This document shows, piece by piece, positions 22,060-35,664 of a stretch of DNA of 64,000 nucleotides (position 1 is the first letter of the stretch; each line of letters starts with the position of its first letter). The notes below the pieces were generated by a model that worked only from the letters and a program-made list of their open reading frames with translations, was not told the DNA's origin and made no database searches. Position numbers and translations under genes: made by a program. This DNA comes from Gnetum montanum. Its lineage: Eukaryota; Plantae; Gnetophyta. The stretch lies in contig MNCI01001886.1 in assembly GCA_015680685.1 (NCBI GenBank), positions 208,847 through 272,846 on the forward strand. Reading direction: 5' to 3'.

Positions 22060-25000
22060 TGATGGATTCTTCATACTTTGTTGTTTCTTATTTTGGCTAT
22101 CATAACCTTGGGAACTATACTATTTTTTTTATAATGTTGTTGCATCCTAATAATGTTACACATTAGTTATTGCTCCATCACATGGTGTGGTCATGGCTAT
22201 TAGTATGAACATTCCCGGTTATATGTTAAATTTTGTTTGTTTTTAAAGTTTTATATATATCTTTTATTTCACTTTATATTTTTGTTGCACAAAAGTCTAT
22301 GACTTAAAACAATAGGTTTGCCAAGTAAACTAGAAATAACATAGAAAATATGAAATTGTAAAAGAGGATGTGACTTTTAAAGTAGAAATCCAAATGCAAA
22401 ACCAAGAAGCAAACTAGTTGAATTGTACACTCAAGAGATGAAAGGAAGACCACAAATTTACCTATTTTTGTCCCCAGAGGGCCATGTTTTTACTTTGATT
22501 TTATGTTTTCTATTTTTATGGTATTTTATGACATGTCTGTAAATGTAAAGAAAATAGATAGAAGTTATAAACTAGACATAAAAATAAAGACCATAGATAT
22601 AATGCAAAATGTAAAATTTGAAGGTAAGGATACATCATAGGATGCAAGGTTAAGAATGTAGGTAGTGTTTAATTATGCAATTGTCTTCTAATCTTTAAGA
22701 GATTGGGAAATGCATAAGGCCTTTGTTGCAAAAATTTTCACTCCCCATTCCCTTTTCTTACCATGATAAATGGAAGTTTTTCCCATGATTCATTCATGCC
22801 CCATGCATTTTTGGTTTTGACTTGGTTAATTTTGTTGGGTTTGTCAGCTATTTTTTGGGGTACAAGAGCTTCTTCTTGAAACTCCACCTCAAATCCTTAT
22901 TTTGTTTTAACATTTTTGATAGACAAGTGAGTCATGTTGGCCTCTCACCTCCTTTATATAGTAGATGAATTTCTTGATGGGTCAGAGAACAAACAACTGA
23001 TAGTTTGGCTAACTAGGATCTCCCTAGGATTAGGTAGAATCTTGGTATCTCTTCCATCACAATGAAACTAGCTAATGTGGGTAATTATTTTCCAAATATA
23101 AAATCCAATGAAATTAACACTCTCACCTCTACATATGACCCATTGAACAATTATAGATCTAAGGTGGAGGTGCTCTAAATATGTTAAGCCAAATCCAAGC
23201 ATTCTATGATAGGAAAGGAGATAACATTAGTAGTTTCCCCATTGTCCACATGTACATGATATATCTACTTCTGGTCGACTCTTATCATTATAAACAATGG
23301 AGCTCTTGACACTCCACAACTTTGTAAGTTGATCTTTAGCTCGTTATCCTAAAATGTTAAAGTAGTTGATTTCATTTCTTCTTTAGGTGATGTGAATAGA
23401 TTCTTGATTATCTGGGATATCTTGACTAACAAGAATAAAAGTCAACATACGAGCCAAGGCTTCATGGTGGGCACAAAAGGTCATAACTAAATCATATAAT
23501 CTTAATGAGGTGTTCTTCTGCTTAAGTGAGAGCTTGACCTAATACATAACAATGCAAAATTATTTATCATTGATCATTATTTTTCATTCTTGTTTTCTTT
23601 GAATTCTTCCATTCTACCCATGATTTTCACCTTATGTTTTGAAATTTTTGGTTTATTTCCCTTTCCCTTTTTTTGTTATTTATTATCCCTCTTGGGTAGG
23701 CTTCTTGAGGTGGCTTGATCATTTGAATTCATGCGTATTGCTAAATGGATGTAGGCTTTGGTGGGCCTACTTTCTTTTACACCTTTGGTTTCACATTATC
23801 CCTAGCTTTTGGATATGGAGCTAGCTTCTTATGTGATTTTTTTGGTGACTCTATGTTATCTCATTGTGATGGGATTCAGGCATTAACCACCATTGGATGA
23901 CATTGGTCATCTTCAGTTGTGGACTTAGTAGTGGTAGGAGGACGCACTTGTAATACCCTCGTACCTACCCTTAGGATAAAGAGAATTACATGTAGTAAAA
24001 TGGGTAATCATGATAGAGTAATGAAATTGATTGATTGTAATGTAGTGAAAGGAGGTATGATTAAGCCATGACTAAGAGGAAGAAGAGATTAAATGGCAAG
24101 ATAATGGAAACAAATTATATATTTTAATTTTAACATGAATATATATATATAAGTAATAAAGAGTTAAATTATAAGCATTCACTTAATTAAATAAATCTTA
24201 CAATGATATCAGAAATTTTATAATGATCTCATCTAAAACATCTTACATAAAGAAATATGATAAGTTCTCATTGCCACTACATAATTCATAATCTATACAC
24301 GTCTACTATAAAAGATCAAATACATGAATCAAATTAATATACATCTACTTATGAATAACATATAATTTCATCTTGCATTATGGGAATCTCGTAGATACTA
24401 CATGTACTTCATGCTCTTCCTAGCCCAAAGTGCCTATACAAAAATGAAAAATATTAGCTATTGTTGAGTGAGTAACCTTGGAACCATGTTTTGTCGAAAT
24501 TAAGGATAGGTCTCATGGGGTCTAGGTTGGGCATGGTAGCCTACAAAAAAAATCAAAGCAAAGCATATCCAAACATACAACTTGTATAACATCCAATGCC
24601 ATACATCACAAACATTCCAAAAATCCAATGCTAGACATCTATCAATGCAAATAATTTCCAAACACAACCATCACAAACATCAATCAAGAATCAGATGAAT
24701 CCACTTGACCATTATAACAGTTCAAAACCAACAACCATCCACTCCACCCATCAATTGAGCAAACAAGAAGGGTAACATTCATCGAACTTAGTGTTAATGT
24801 GTATCAAGTTGTCATGAATACTTTCCAATTTCCAACCCAAAGTTTTCAACAAAATATCAAATTACCATGAACATGTATTTATTATTAGTCTCAATGAATC
24901 AAGATGATCTCTATGGATACCTCACCAAGATTTGAACCAAGGTGGTCCTTATGGATTCCCCACCAAGGTTCCCAAACATACCAGTGTGAGACGTTCCTGC

Positions 25001-26490
25001 GGATACCCAACTTTGGACTTTTGGAGGCATCCAACAAGACCAATGAGGCATGAGTCATCTTATCTAGCTAGATGGGGTCTATAGTGAGAGTAAAATTGGT
25101 GCACTAATAGTGCAGATCAATCAAGAAAGTTATATCCATGAAGCCTCATCTTCAACATGCCACATATGCCACATGTTCAATGCTAGCTCCATCATCTAAT
25201 CACACAAAAATTAGTCAAACCATGGAATCATCTAGCGATCTCACAATGGAAAACCAACATTGATGGTGGAGGGACTCAACAAAAAATGGACCATCAATCC
25301 AAAAATATTATAATGAAATGGAAATTTCAAAAATTCCAATGGTCTAGGTATCCAACAAGATCCAATCAACCAAGGTTCCAAGACATATTCAAGGGATCCA
25401 AAACCTCCAAAATTTGAACACTCATTCACCAACCCATGCCTAACAAAATACATGTCCAAAATGTTCATAGATTTACAGTCAATTAAAATCCAAATTATTT
25501 CAACAATTTGCAATGGGTAATATCCAACAATAACTCCAAAAGAATACATAATAGTACAAGGATCAAAAATAGAAAATGATTCTCCAAATATGATTTACTA
25601 GATCTTAAGATAACTAGATAGCCATAAATGAAACTATTATAACTTATACATTCTATGAACTTACTTATAATTAATGATTCATGTGAAAGCTAATATCCTT
25701 ACTTAGCTACTATAAAAATAGTAAAAAAATGATAGATTCAAAGCTATACATATCATTCCAACATTTTACCTAAATAGAAACAAGGAAGAAATGAGTGTTT
25801 GAGAGTAAATTACTAATACCTAAATCAAAATAGAACCTTTTCCATTGATTCTACTTATGATGAGAACTTAATAGAAAAGGCTAATTCTCATAAAAATTTC
25901 AAGAGAGAATATGCTATAGATAACAAGTTATGAATAGATGAATCTTTATATACTTTGAAATAGCTCTTAAAGATGGGTTTATTACTATTATTATATAGCT
26001 TTATTTTCAATGATTTCACCTATTTATGTATCCTATTAAAAATATCTCTAACATAGAAACAATTTAGAACTACATATATAATGAATATCGAGATATCACC
26101 TTAACTCTATATCCTACTAAAATTACTATGATTCTAGATAGTATTAAAAGAATGACCTACAACACCTCATATACCATGAATTGTATATGAGTCCCACATG
26201 AAAGTTTTAGATAATTTCATGTGACATCCATTGCTAGATAGATTGTTTTCATACTAGCTGTATAGAGAGAGATATGAGTATTCTACAAAGCACTATATAG
26301 ATAATCCTAAACCCTCCAAAATGCAAGATTCATAGAAAGTACATTAAATCAAAAAAATAGATCAAATCCACAACTAAAACTGTAAATCCAAAAGATTTCA
26401 GCATAATAAATCATAAATATACTAGATCTAAAAAATTTTACATTATTTAAAAATAAAACCCAACCCTAATCTATTCAAAAATAAGAAAAT
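22060..26490. repeat. Segmental duplicate, copy 1 (~4.4 kb)
   Basis: Colinear with 33503-37960 from GATGGATTCTTCATACTTT to AAAACCCAA, with scattered substitutions and small indels. Confidence 0.92.
23949..26490 (-). repeat. Truncated duplicate of a chromovirus-like solo LTR
   Basis: Begins TGTAATACCC directly after GCACT. Same sequence as 35440-37960. Confidence 0.75.
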
Positions 26491-26523
26491 CCATTTGATA
26501 AAAGCTATTAGGGAAGAATCATT

Positions 26524-27483
26524 ATGTTATATCCCACCAAATATGAAGTACCTTCACCATTTGCTAATCTAAAGGATATGATAGGTACATTAGTTCCCTT
26601 ACTAGATATTGATTATTTACCACCTAGGGAGGTATTGCATGTTATCAAAATCTTGATAGATGAATTGAAGGTAGTGAAAAATGTGTTAAAACTTGATGAA
26701 AGCACAACCATGTTAGATAGATTATCTAGAACTACTAGCATAATTAGACATTGATGTGATAGCACCACTCAGGAAGCCAAAAATTTGGTATTGGATAGTC
26801 ATTTTGAAGGATTGTTTGTTATAATGACTACTAAATTTACTATTGATCTCTCTACTAATCTAAGATTACAAGATATGTTGCTACTAAGTCAAAGAAGTCT
26901 ATATAGATTAGAAGATTTTGGACAATACTATGTTTATTATAAGAAAGAGATATATAGGCTTGCATTACATTAGGATTCTTTGATGTCTTATATGTTTCTA
27001 GGATGATTACCAAACAATTTTGGACAAATGGTGTTGCACAAAGCACTTAAAAGTGGTCTAAATTTGTTTCTTATGTATTTTTTTAATATCATTCATATGG
27101 CTAGACTAGAATTGCAACATGCTTGCCTATAGATTGGTCTAATAAAGCTATTGCCATTAGTAGAAGCTTATGCTAATTTAGATGGAATGGTAGATAATTT
27201 TGGAGAAAATCCTTAGGTCCCTTCAAAGTTAACATCCTAAAGAAAGATAACTCACAAGAGACCTAATAATAGAAGAAGGTATAGGAAAAGTCATCCAATG
27301 AGGCCCAAAAAGTTTAGAGAAAATAGATACATGAGAAGAAGAAAACCTAATGCTGGAAAGTCCAAGACCGTTAGCTATGACAATTGTAGAGAGCAAGGAC
27401 ATTATGCGTATGAATGTCTAGAAAAGAATAATAAGATGCCACCAAAAGTAAAAGCATTTTTCCAAGAAAATGAAAATGAGTAG
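26524..27483 (+). pseudogene. Caulimovirid coat protein region (inverted relative to rest of virus)
   Basis: PLLDID..; SLYRLEDFGQYYVYYKKEIY..FLG*LPNNFG; basic R/K tract; degenerate CCHC knuckle SYDNCREQGHYAYEC. Confidence 0.75.
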
Positions 27484-29556
27484 AAATCTTTCTTTTAAGC
27501 ATTGTTGTCTTCTCTTTGATTCTCTCAACCTCAAAGATCATCATTTTTTCTTTTTCTTCCTATTCTCTAATCTTTTGCTTATCTACATGATCTACTTTCA
27601 ACTGATTTTCTTGCATAAACACATCTTTAAGAATTTTTTTTCTTTTCTTTATCTATTTTTCTTTTTTGACTAACCACTTATTCATAAATATTCATATGTC
27701 TTAAAAATTCATCTACTTTTTCTTCTAAATTATTTATATTGTTGCTATGATAACTTAACCAACTCAATAAATAGTTCAACTCTCTTACCTCTTCTTTTTG
27801 ACTTTGATTCAAATCCACACTGTGTTCTAGAAAATAACTATAATCCACTCTTGTCTTTTGAATTGTATCATTGGAGGAAATATTATAGTATGAACCCTTT
27901 CAGGGAAATTTTCTACCTTTTATCAGCTTTCTTTCTTTTGCATCTCTAGCTTGGAACATAAAAATGGCTCCTTTGCAGTCAAAGTTTGGAGACTCCTTTG
28001 CTTCCTTTTACTTCTTAAAACTAGATCCTTTGTCATACCTTACTAGAGGTAAAGCTATTGGTAGGGCTACTAAGTCTATTACTGTCAATCTTCCAAACTG
28101 TTGGATCAAATATCTACTCCACCTTTTATATTGCCTAGAGGTCTTCTGAAACTCCTGATCCATTAAATATTTCTAAATTTTTGAAAACCCTTATATGTAT
28201 CCTTCAATGTTAATAGACCTTTCACATTCTAATAGATGTTTACTACCATGTGGAAACTTCACACCACACTTTAACTTATGATTCATGAATATAGTATTTG
28301 TTAACTAAAATGTAGCCCTAGCACCTATTGCAACATAAATTGATCCAAGAAACATTCTAACTCCATGAATCTCATACATAATAATAAAGTATGAGTTTTA
28401 TGTTCATCAAATAAAGATAACTGAAAATTTGGTTGGGTTGAACACAAAGCATAAGCATTTAGTATCCCTTTAAACTGATAGATGTTTGACATTTTCCAAT
28501 CTAGATCTAGGTCATCTCTTATTCCATCCTCCATTATTTTGCAATCTAGTAGAGTAAGTACAAAATCAACATTCAAATCATAACTTAGGACTTACTAGAA
28601 TATGACTTTTTCCAATGTGGACATAATGATTCCCTTGTTTCTTCCATTTTGAAATTTATTCTTTAGTGAAAAATGGTAGAAACACTAGATAGATGCCTGC
28701 TCCTTTAATGTTAAGTATGGATTTTGACTACTTTACTAATGTATTCCACCTTGCTACAAACATATTTTAAAAATTATATAATGCCTCCTTGGGAAATTCT
28801 CTAAATTGCAACTTTTTGTCTAATGCTACAAATGAATTTCTACTCATTACGGCTTCATGGAATGACATGATTGTTTTTTTGATATTTAGTCATTTTTTCT
28901 TCTATACTAGCATTCATGTTATTAGCTCTAATTATTATCATAAAATCCCTATGAGTATTCCAATTAGTGTCTTCATCATAATCATTATTTCTAACTTCTC
29001 CCTCTTTATCATTGTTCCTAAAAAAATTCACATTTGGGCATTGTTCCATGATTCTATTTAGATTTTCTTTAGTATAAACCAATTCTAAATCTTTAGGTTA
29101 GATTTCCTTCTCACCTTTTTCCACATCTTCCATAAATTTTTTATCTTTCTCTTTGAAAGGACCTTCATTCTCATCTAAGATCCAATCAGTAGGCCATTCT
29201 TCAAGCCACTTTGAGACCTTGATTAAATCATATACTAGAAACAAATCTTCTTCATTGGTTTCTTCAACTAGAATTCCTTTACCCTTATCTTTAGTGAATA
29301 GTTCCCTTTCTAAGGCAGGAGGCACATTGAAAACACATTTTCACTAACAAATTTAAATAAACTCATCAAGAATATTCTCTTCTTGGAGATCTAGATTTGA
29401 AGCATAATAGGTACCCATAAGACAATAATATTGAGAGGTGCTACCTAACCTTTCTCTCAAAAATTTAGCTACTAGCTCCTCTAATTCTATAGCATACTTC
29501 TTATGGTAGCTATGAGGCTAATTAATTGAACCAAAAACTAAGATAGAGTTTGCCAT
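27484..29556 (-). pseudogene. Caulimovirid polyprotein N-terminus including 30K-type movement protein (~28270-28760)
   Basis: ATG immediately after the PBS. Later LPFFTKE*ISKWKKQGNHYVHIG..VDFVLTLLD..STQPNFQLSLFDEH..LLLCMRF, matching caulimovirid MP motifs (Y.HIG, L.D, PNF..SL.D). Followed by a K/E-rich stretch. Confidence 0.75.
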
Positions 29557-29569
29557 GGCTCTGATACGA
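29557..29569 (-). promoter_or_regulatory. Caulimovirid minus-strand primer binding site (tRNA-iMet)
   Basis: TCGTATCAGAGCC versus canonical TGGTATCAGAGCC (one mismatch). Lies downstream of a TATA-like CTATAAAGG at ~29950 (minus). Confidence 0.8.
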
Positions 29570-30029
29570 TTTGGCGTTGGTAGATAGCCAACATCATGTT
29601 CAACCTTTGCATAAGCCTCAATCTTATCGTGATGCTCTTTAGAGGTAAGAAACTCCATATTTAGCAAGCCAAACAAGCTATGTGAGTGAGTGAAGGTTTC
29701 TATGAACACTTCTAAGACGTACCACAAAGTACTTAGAAGGATGCACCATATCCACTTAAGGCTACATGATGTGTTGTTCATAAGATCTTGTTTAGGCTAA
29801 TACAAATTAGAAGGAATAAGGATGTATTCACTTAATAATACTTCACAACACATAGGTATTGCGTAAAATGAAGCAAGAACGCAAGCTTCAACTCAAATCC
29901 TATTGAAATCCTTAGACACTCATGTTTACAAACATAGAGGATACATGCCTTTATAGACAAGGAGATGAGTTTTAAGATCAGATAAGCTCAACTAACACAT
30001 CACCATTATTGAGATAGATTGACACATCA

Positions 30030-33000
30030 CCCTACAATTATTAATTTTATAGTGCTTTTGAGATAGCGGGATGGACACTACACATCTTTGGTTTTGACTT
30101 TTGGCAATCGTGGTAGACCCTAATTAATTTGGACATCTCTTCAAGCATTATTGTTGGCATCATGGTAGTGTTTGGAGAGTCTTGAGTATCTTCTAAACAT
30201 GGTTGTTGCTCTACTTTTTGCTTGGTTTGATACAACATTACTTCTTGGAATAAATTTATTTGTTGAAAAGACTGGTAGAGTGTTGTCTCCTATCTATTCC
30301 ATTCCATCATGGTGTTAAAGTAGTTGCATGCCATCTAGTTTGCAAAAGGCTGTTAACATGTTAGCAATATGTTGTCTAGCATATTTTTCCTTTGTAGATA
30401 CTTCAATTTGGATCCACTTTAAATTATTTACTAGATATTTGACGCAACCTCCCATATTGACAAAAAAGTTGATGTTGGGGTATAGCCGAGACACACTACT
30501 TGATGACTCTTGGGGAAAGTAAGAAACAATTCTTCTACACAACAAAACCTATCCTTTCAAGGTATCCAAAGGCCAATTTGTCCGTTGGTCTGATACTTTA
30601 GATGAGGTCTTTGATAATGAAGCAAGTGATAATGGAGTAGTGCAAAACATGTAGCCTTTTAACTCTCTAGTCAGTGCATCTAGTAAAGAATTTAATTCTC
30701 CTGGGATCGTTTCAATGGTAAATTCATACTAAGATAGTAGAAATTACCACTAAGAAATCTTTGTAATTTTGGAGAGGAAATTATTCTTTGCTTCATAAGA
30801 GTGGCTAGATTTTATGAATTTGTTCTAAGGATAAATGACTTTCCTATTAGATAAGCATGGAAATTTTCAACACATTTTATAGTTGCTAAAATATTCCTTT
30901 TGGCTATCCAATAATTTAATTCATTTTTATCAAAACAACTAGAGGCATATGCACATACTTTTTCATCCTCTCTAAAAGCTCCCTTTTTTAACAACATAGC
31001 TTCCCATTCATCATAACTGGCATCTATGTTTAACACAAAATTACCTTTGAAGATTGGCTCTAATGCTGGCAAATGTTGTTGTTTTAACCTCTTAACTTGT
31101 TTAGTAGCTTCTTTTATCCATTAGAATGGACTATAATTCTTGCATTTTCTTATTTGAGTGTCATGTCAGATAGATGAGCAATATGCCTTACTACATAATT
31201 TATGCAACCCAAAAATCTCATATACTCTTCTTTAGATTTTAATTGATTTGGAAAATTAGAAATATTTTGAAAAACATGTAGCTACATATGAATCTTTCCA
31301 TCTCTAATTATCATGCCTAAAAATTAAACTTCATTCTAAAAAATTTGAAACTTTTTTAAGTTTGCTAATAACCCTATTTCATGCTTTAGATAGACTTCTA
31401 CAAATTCCTTTAGGTGGTCATAATGTTCTTCTATTGAATCTGAATAAATGAGAAATTCATCTATATAATTCGCTATAAATGCCTTCATTTGTTCCAAAAG
31501 AAGTATTCATTCTACAAAGAAATTAAGCAAGAGCTTTATTTAAACTAAAAGGTATTACTAACCATTCATATAATCCACTAGGAGTGCTAAAAGCGATTTT
31601 ATGGATATCCTCATTGGTGATTTTGATTTGATGATAATCAGATTTGCAATTGAATTTTTTGAATACCTTCTTTGAACCAACTTGATGTATTAGCTCTTCT
31701 TTATTTGGGAGAGGTCATTTTATATCTACTATTATGGCATTTAGAGGGATATAGTTGATTACGATTCTAGTTTTTCCTCTTTTGATTTTCACATGATTCC
31801 TTACAACAAAATAAGCACACGATAACTAGAGGTTGATAATCTTACTAATCCATTTTTTACAAATTCTACAACTTGTTTTTTAAATTTGATTTCATCTTGT
31901 CATTTCATAGGAATTGTTTGCTCAAGGCTATAATTGGATGCATTATGGAAATGTAGGCTACAGGACTATCCTTTGACCAAAATTCCAAAGGGAATTCATA
32001 GTAGCATTTCTTTAGTAGCATATAAAATTCTTCTATTGCATTTATCCTCATTCCTTAATATTTCAGAATTTTTTGGACTTGTTGTTATTTATATCTTTTT
32101 CCTTCTTGGATAGCCTCATTCGTCATTATCTAAGAGAGAGAATGATTGTCTGTGTAGAACCCTATTTGTTCAAATTGAGATTTACCCAATTTTTATGGAA
32201 TTTTAGGACCTGTAAGCTTTCTATCTTTACTTGTCATCATAATTAATTTCTTTCCTATGGTATATGAAGAAAAATGATCCATAAAATTTGTGCCTAGGAC
32301 AATATCAAATCCTCTATCAATAATCTAGACAGAATCTATTTCTGCTATTAAAGTTTCACTTATTCTTATTAGGATGTCTAGTGCAAACTTATTTAAATGT
32401 CTCATTCCATTAATAGTGTCAAATTTAAATGGCCTTGCTAACTCTACCCAATTTTCCATGATCCTTTGATGTGAAAAATTCAACGTGGCTCCTATATCTA
32501 TGAATGCAATGAACTTCCTCCATTTTACTTTGCCATCTATAACTATTTTAATAGGGATGAGCAATAAAGATACCTTAGAGATTATCTTCTTTATCTAGTG
32601 CATTACTCCTCTTGGAAAGGTTTATTTTATTGGTTTTTTACTTGGTGGTGTATACTTTGGCTTGAACTTCTTCTCATAGGATGTTATGATGAACTTGCTT
32701 GGGACTTTTGGAGTAATTGTGATTGTGTTTGAGAACAATGAACTATCAGTGTTGTCTTTTGATAACAAAGGTAGATGTTCAGAGTAAAAATTTAAAGTTT
32801 TCTTAGTTTCATCATCTTCCCAAATACCACTTCTTCTTGCATCTACCTCTCTTATAATCTACATGGAAAATGGGTTAGTAAAGTTGCTAGATGATGAGAA
32901 TTCTTCTTCCTTAGCTAAAGTTTGACTTCCTTTTCCTTCTTCATTCATAAAGGCTACCAGCTTGGCTAAATCTTTAGAATTCCAATCTTCAGTTTGATCT

Positions 33001-33495
33001 TCACTTTTGGATTCTAAAATCCAACCACCTTATGTAATTTTAAATGGAATAAAGTCCTCTCCTAAATCTCTAATTTGGATTCTATGTCATCTACAAATTG
33101 AAGTTGATATATATTTTCTTCATTTTGAAGACATTCTTCAAGTTGTTCAGCACTTTCAATAGGTTCCCACTCATTTTCATATTCTTGGAAAAATTATTTT
33201 ACCTTTGGTTGTGTCTTATTATTCTTTTCTAAACATTCATAAAGCATAATGTCCTTGCTCCCTACAATTGTAATAGCTAACGATCTTAGACTTTCTAGCA
33301 TTAGGTTTTCTTCTTCTCATGTATTGATTTGGTGTGAACTTTCTTGGCCTCACTAGATAACTACACATATACCTTCTATTCTTAGGTCTCTTGTTAGCTA
33401 TCTTTCTTGCAAATGTTGACTTTGAAGGGGCCTAAGGTCTTTTTCCAAAATTATCTAACATTCCATCTAAATTAGCACAATCTTCTGGTAATAAC
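30030..33495 (-). pseudogene. Caulimovirid CP zinc knuckle-protease-RT-RNase H plus C-terminal extension
   Basis: Knuckle at ~33230-33280. PR: FIDIGATLNF..FDIVLGTNF. RT: PLPNKEEL..KSDYHQI..AFSTPSGLYEWLVIPF..YIDE. RH: IDASYDEW..CAYASSCF..ELNY..FILRTNS..DALTRE. Confidence 0.9.
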
Positions 33496-33502
33496 TTTTT
33501 CC

Positions 33503-35630
33503 ATTGATGGATTCTTCATACTTTATTGTTTATTATTTTTGCTATCATAACCTTGGGAACTATATTGGTTACTTATTTTTTGTTATCTTGTGGCATTGTA
33601 ATAATGTTACACTTCTGTTATTTTTCCATCACATGGTGTGATCATGCCTATTAGCATGAACATTCTTGGTTATAGGTTAAATCATTTTTTGTTTTTAAAG
33701 TTTTATATATATCTTTTATTTTACTTTATATTTTTTTTGCATAAAAGTCTATCAGTGAAAATAATAGGACTACCAAGTAAATTGGCAATAACATAGAAAA
33801 TGTGAAAGTGTAAAAGAGGATATGACTTTTAAACTATAAATCCAAATGTAAATCCAAGAAGTGAATTGGTTGAATTGTATACTCAAGAGATGAAAGGGAG
33901 ACCACAAATTTACCAATTTTAGGCACCAAAAGGTCATGTTTTTACTTTAATTTTATGTTTTCCATTTTTTCTTGTGCTTTATGACATTTATGTAAACATA
34001 AAGGAAATAGACATGAAGTTATAAACTAGACATGGAAATAAATACCATAGATATAATGAAAAATGTAAAAGTTGAAGGCAAGGCTAAAAATTAAAGGTTA
34101 CATCATAGGATGCAAGGTTAAGAAAGTAGGTAGCATTCAATTATGTAAGTGCTTTCTAATCTTCAAGAGATTAGGAAATTCATAAGGCTTTTGTTGCACA
34201 AATTTACCCTCCTCATTCCCTTTTCTTACCATGCTAAATGGGATTTTGTCCTATGATTCATTTGTGACCCCTGCATTGTTGGTTTTGACTTGGTTGTTTT
34301 CATTGGGTTTCTCAGCTATATTTTGGGTTGTGGAAGGTTCTTCTTGGACCTCCACCTCAAATTCTTATTCTATTTCAGCATTGTTGATAGATAAGAAAGT
34401 CACGTTGTCCCCATGAATAACAATCTCACCTTTTTCATAAGGTAGATGAATTTCTTGATGAATCAGAGAATAAATATCTTGTAGATTGGCTAACCAGGAT
34501 CTTCTTAGGATTATGTTGAATCCTAGTTTCTTTTCCATCATGATGAAATCAACTAATGAGGGGAATTTTTTTTCAACTATAAAATCCAATGAAATTGACA
34601 CTCTCACCTCTACATATCATCCATTGAAGAATTTAGGCATTGAAGTGGAGGTGCTTTGAATATGTTCAATCAATCCAAATCATTCTATGATAGGAAAGGA
34701 GATAACATTAGTAGCTACCCCATTGTCTGCATGTTCATGATGTATCTTATTCTAGTCAACTCTTATCATTATAAACATTGGAGCTCTTAACACCTCACAA
34801 CTTTTTGATTTGATCTTTATATCATTGGTCCAAAATGCTAAAGTAGTTGACTTCATTTCTTATTTAGGTGAGGATGGCACTATTACTATGTGAATATATC
34901 ATTAATTAGTTGGGATATCCTTCAATGATAGGAATAGAAGGCAACATATGAACTAAGGCTTCAGAATGGGCACAAGAGTTTATAACTAAATCATATAAGA
35001 TTAATAAGGTGTCCTTCTTATTAAGTAAGAGCTTGACCCTCTCCATGAAAATGAGAAATTCTTTATCATTAATCATTATTTTTTCATTCTTGTGGTCTCT
35101 GACTTCTTCCATTCTACCCATAATTTTCACCTCATGTTTTAGCATTTGTGGTTTATGTTCCTTTTCCATTTTCTTATTATTTATTATCCTCCCTAGGTAG
35201 GCTCCTTGAGGTAGCTTGATCATTTGAATTCATGGGTATAGCTGAAATGGATGTAGGCTTTGGTGGGCCTAATTCCTTTCACATTTTTGGTGCACATTAT
35301 CCTTAGCTTTTGTCTTAGGATCTAGCTTCTTATGTTGTTTTTTAAGTGACTTCATGTTATCTAGTTCTGACAGGATTGAGGCATTGACTACCATGGGAGG
35401 ACATTGGTCATCTTGAGTTGTGGGCTTAATAGTGGTAGGACCCTCCTTCCTACCCTTAGGATGAAGAGCATTATGTGGGGTAAAACAAGTAACAAATGTT
35501 GGTCATGACAGAGTAAAGAAATTGATTGATTGTAATGCAATGAAAGGAAGTATGATTAAGCCATGACCAAGAGGAAGAATAGATTAAATGATAAGATAAT
35601 GAAGAGACATTATATATTTTAATTTTAACA

Positions 35631-35664
<34 letters not shown>

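Larger units (their letters stand above)
26500..33495. mobile_element. Endogenous caulimovirid (plant pararetrovirus), near genome length, rearranged
   Basis: Contains a movement protein, coat protein with zinc knuckle, aspartic protease, RT with VRNH..IKRGKTRIVINY, caulimovirid-type RNase H and a tRNA-Met PBS. No integrase and no LTRs. Confidence 0.9.
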
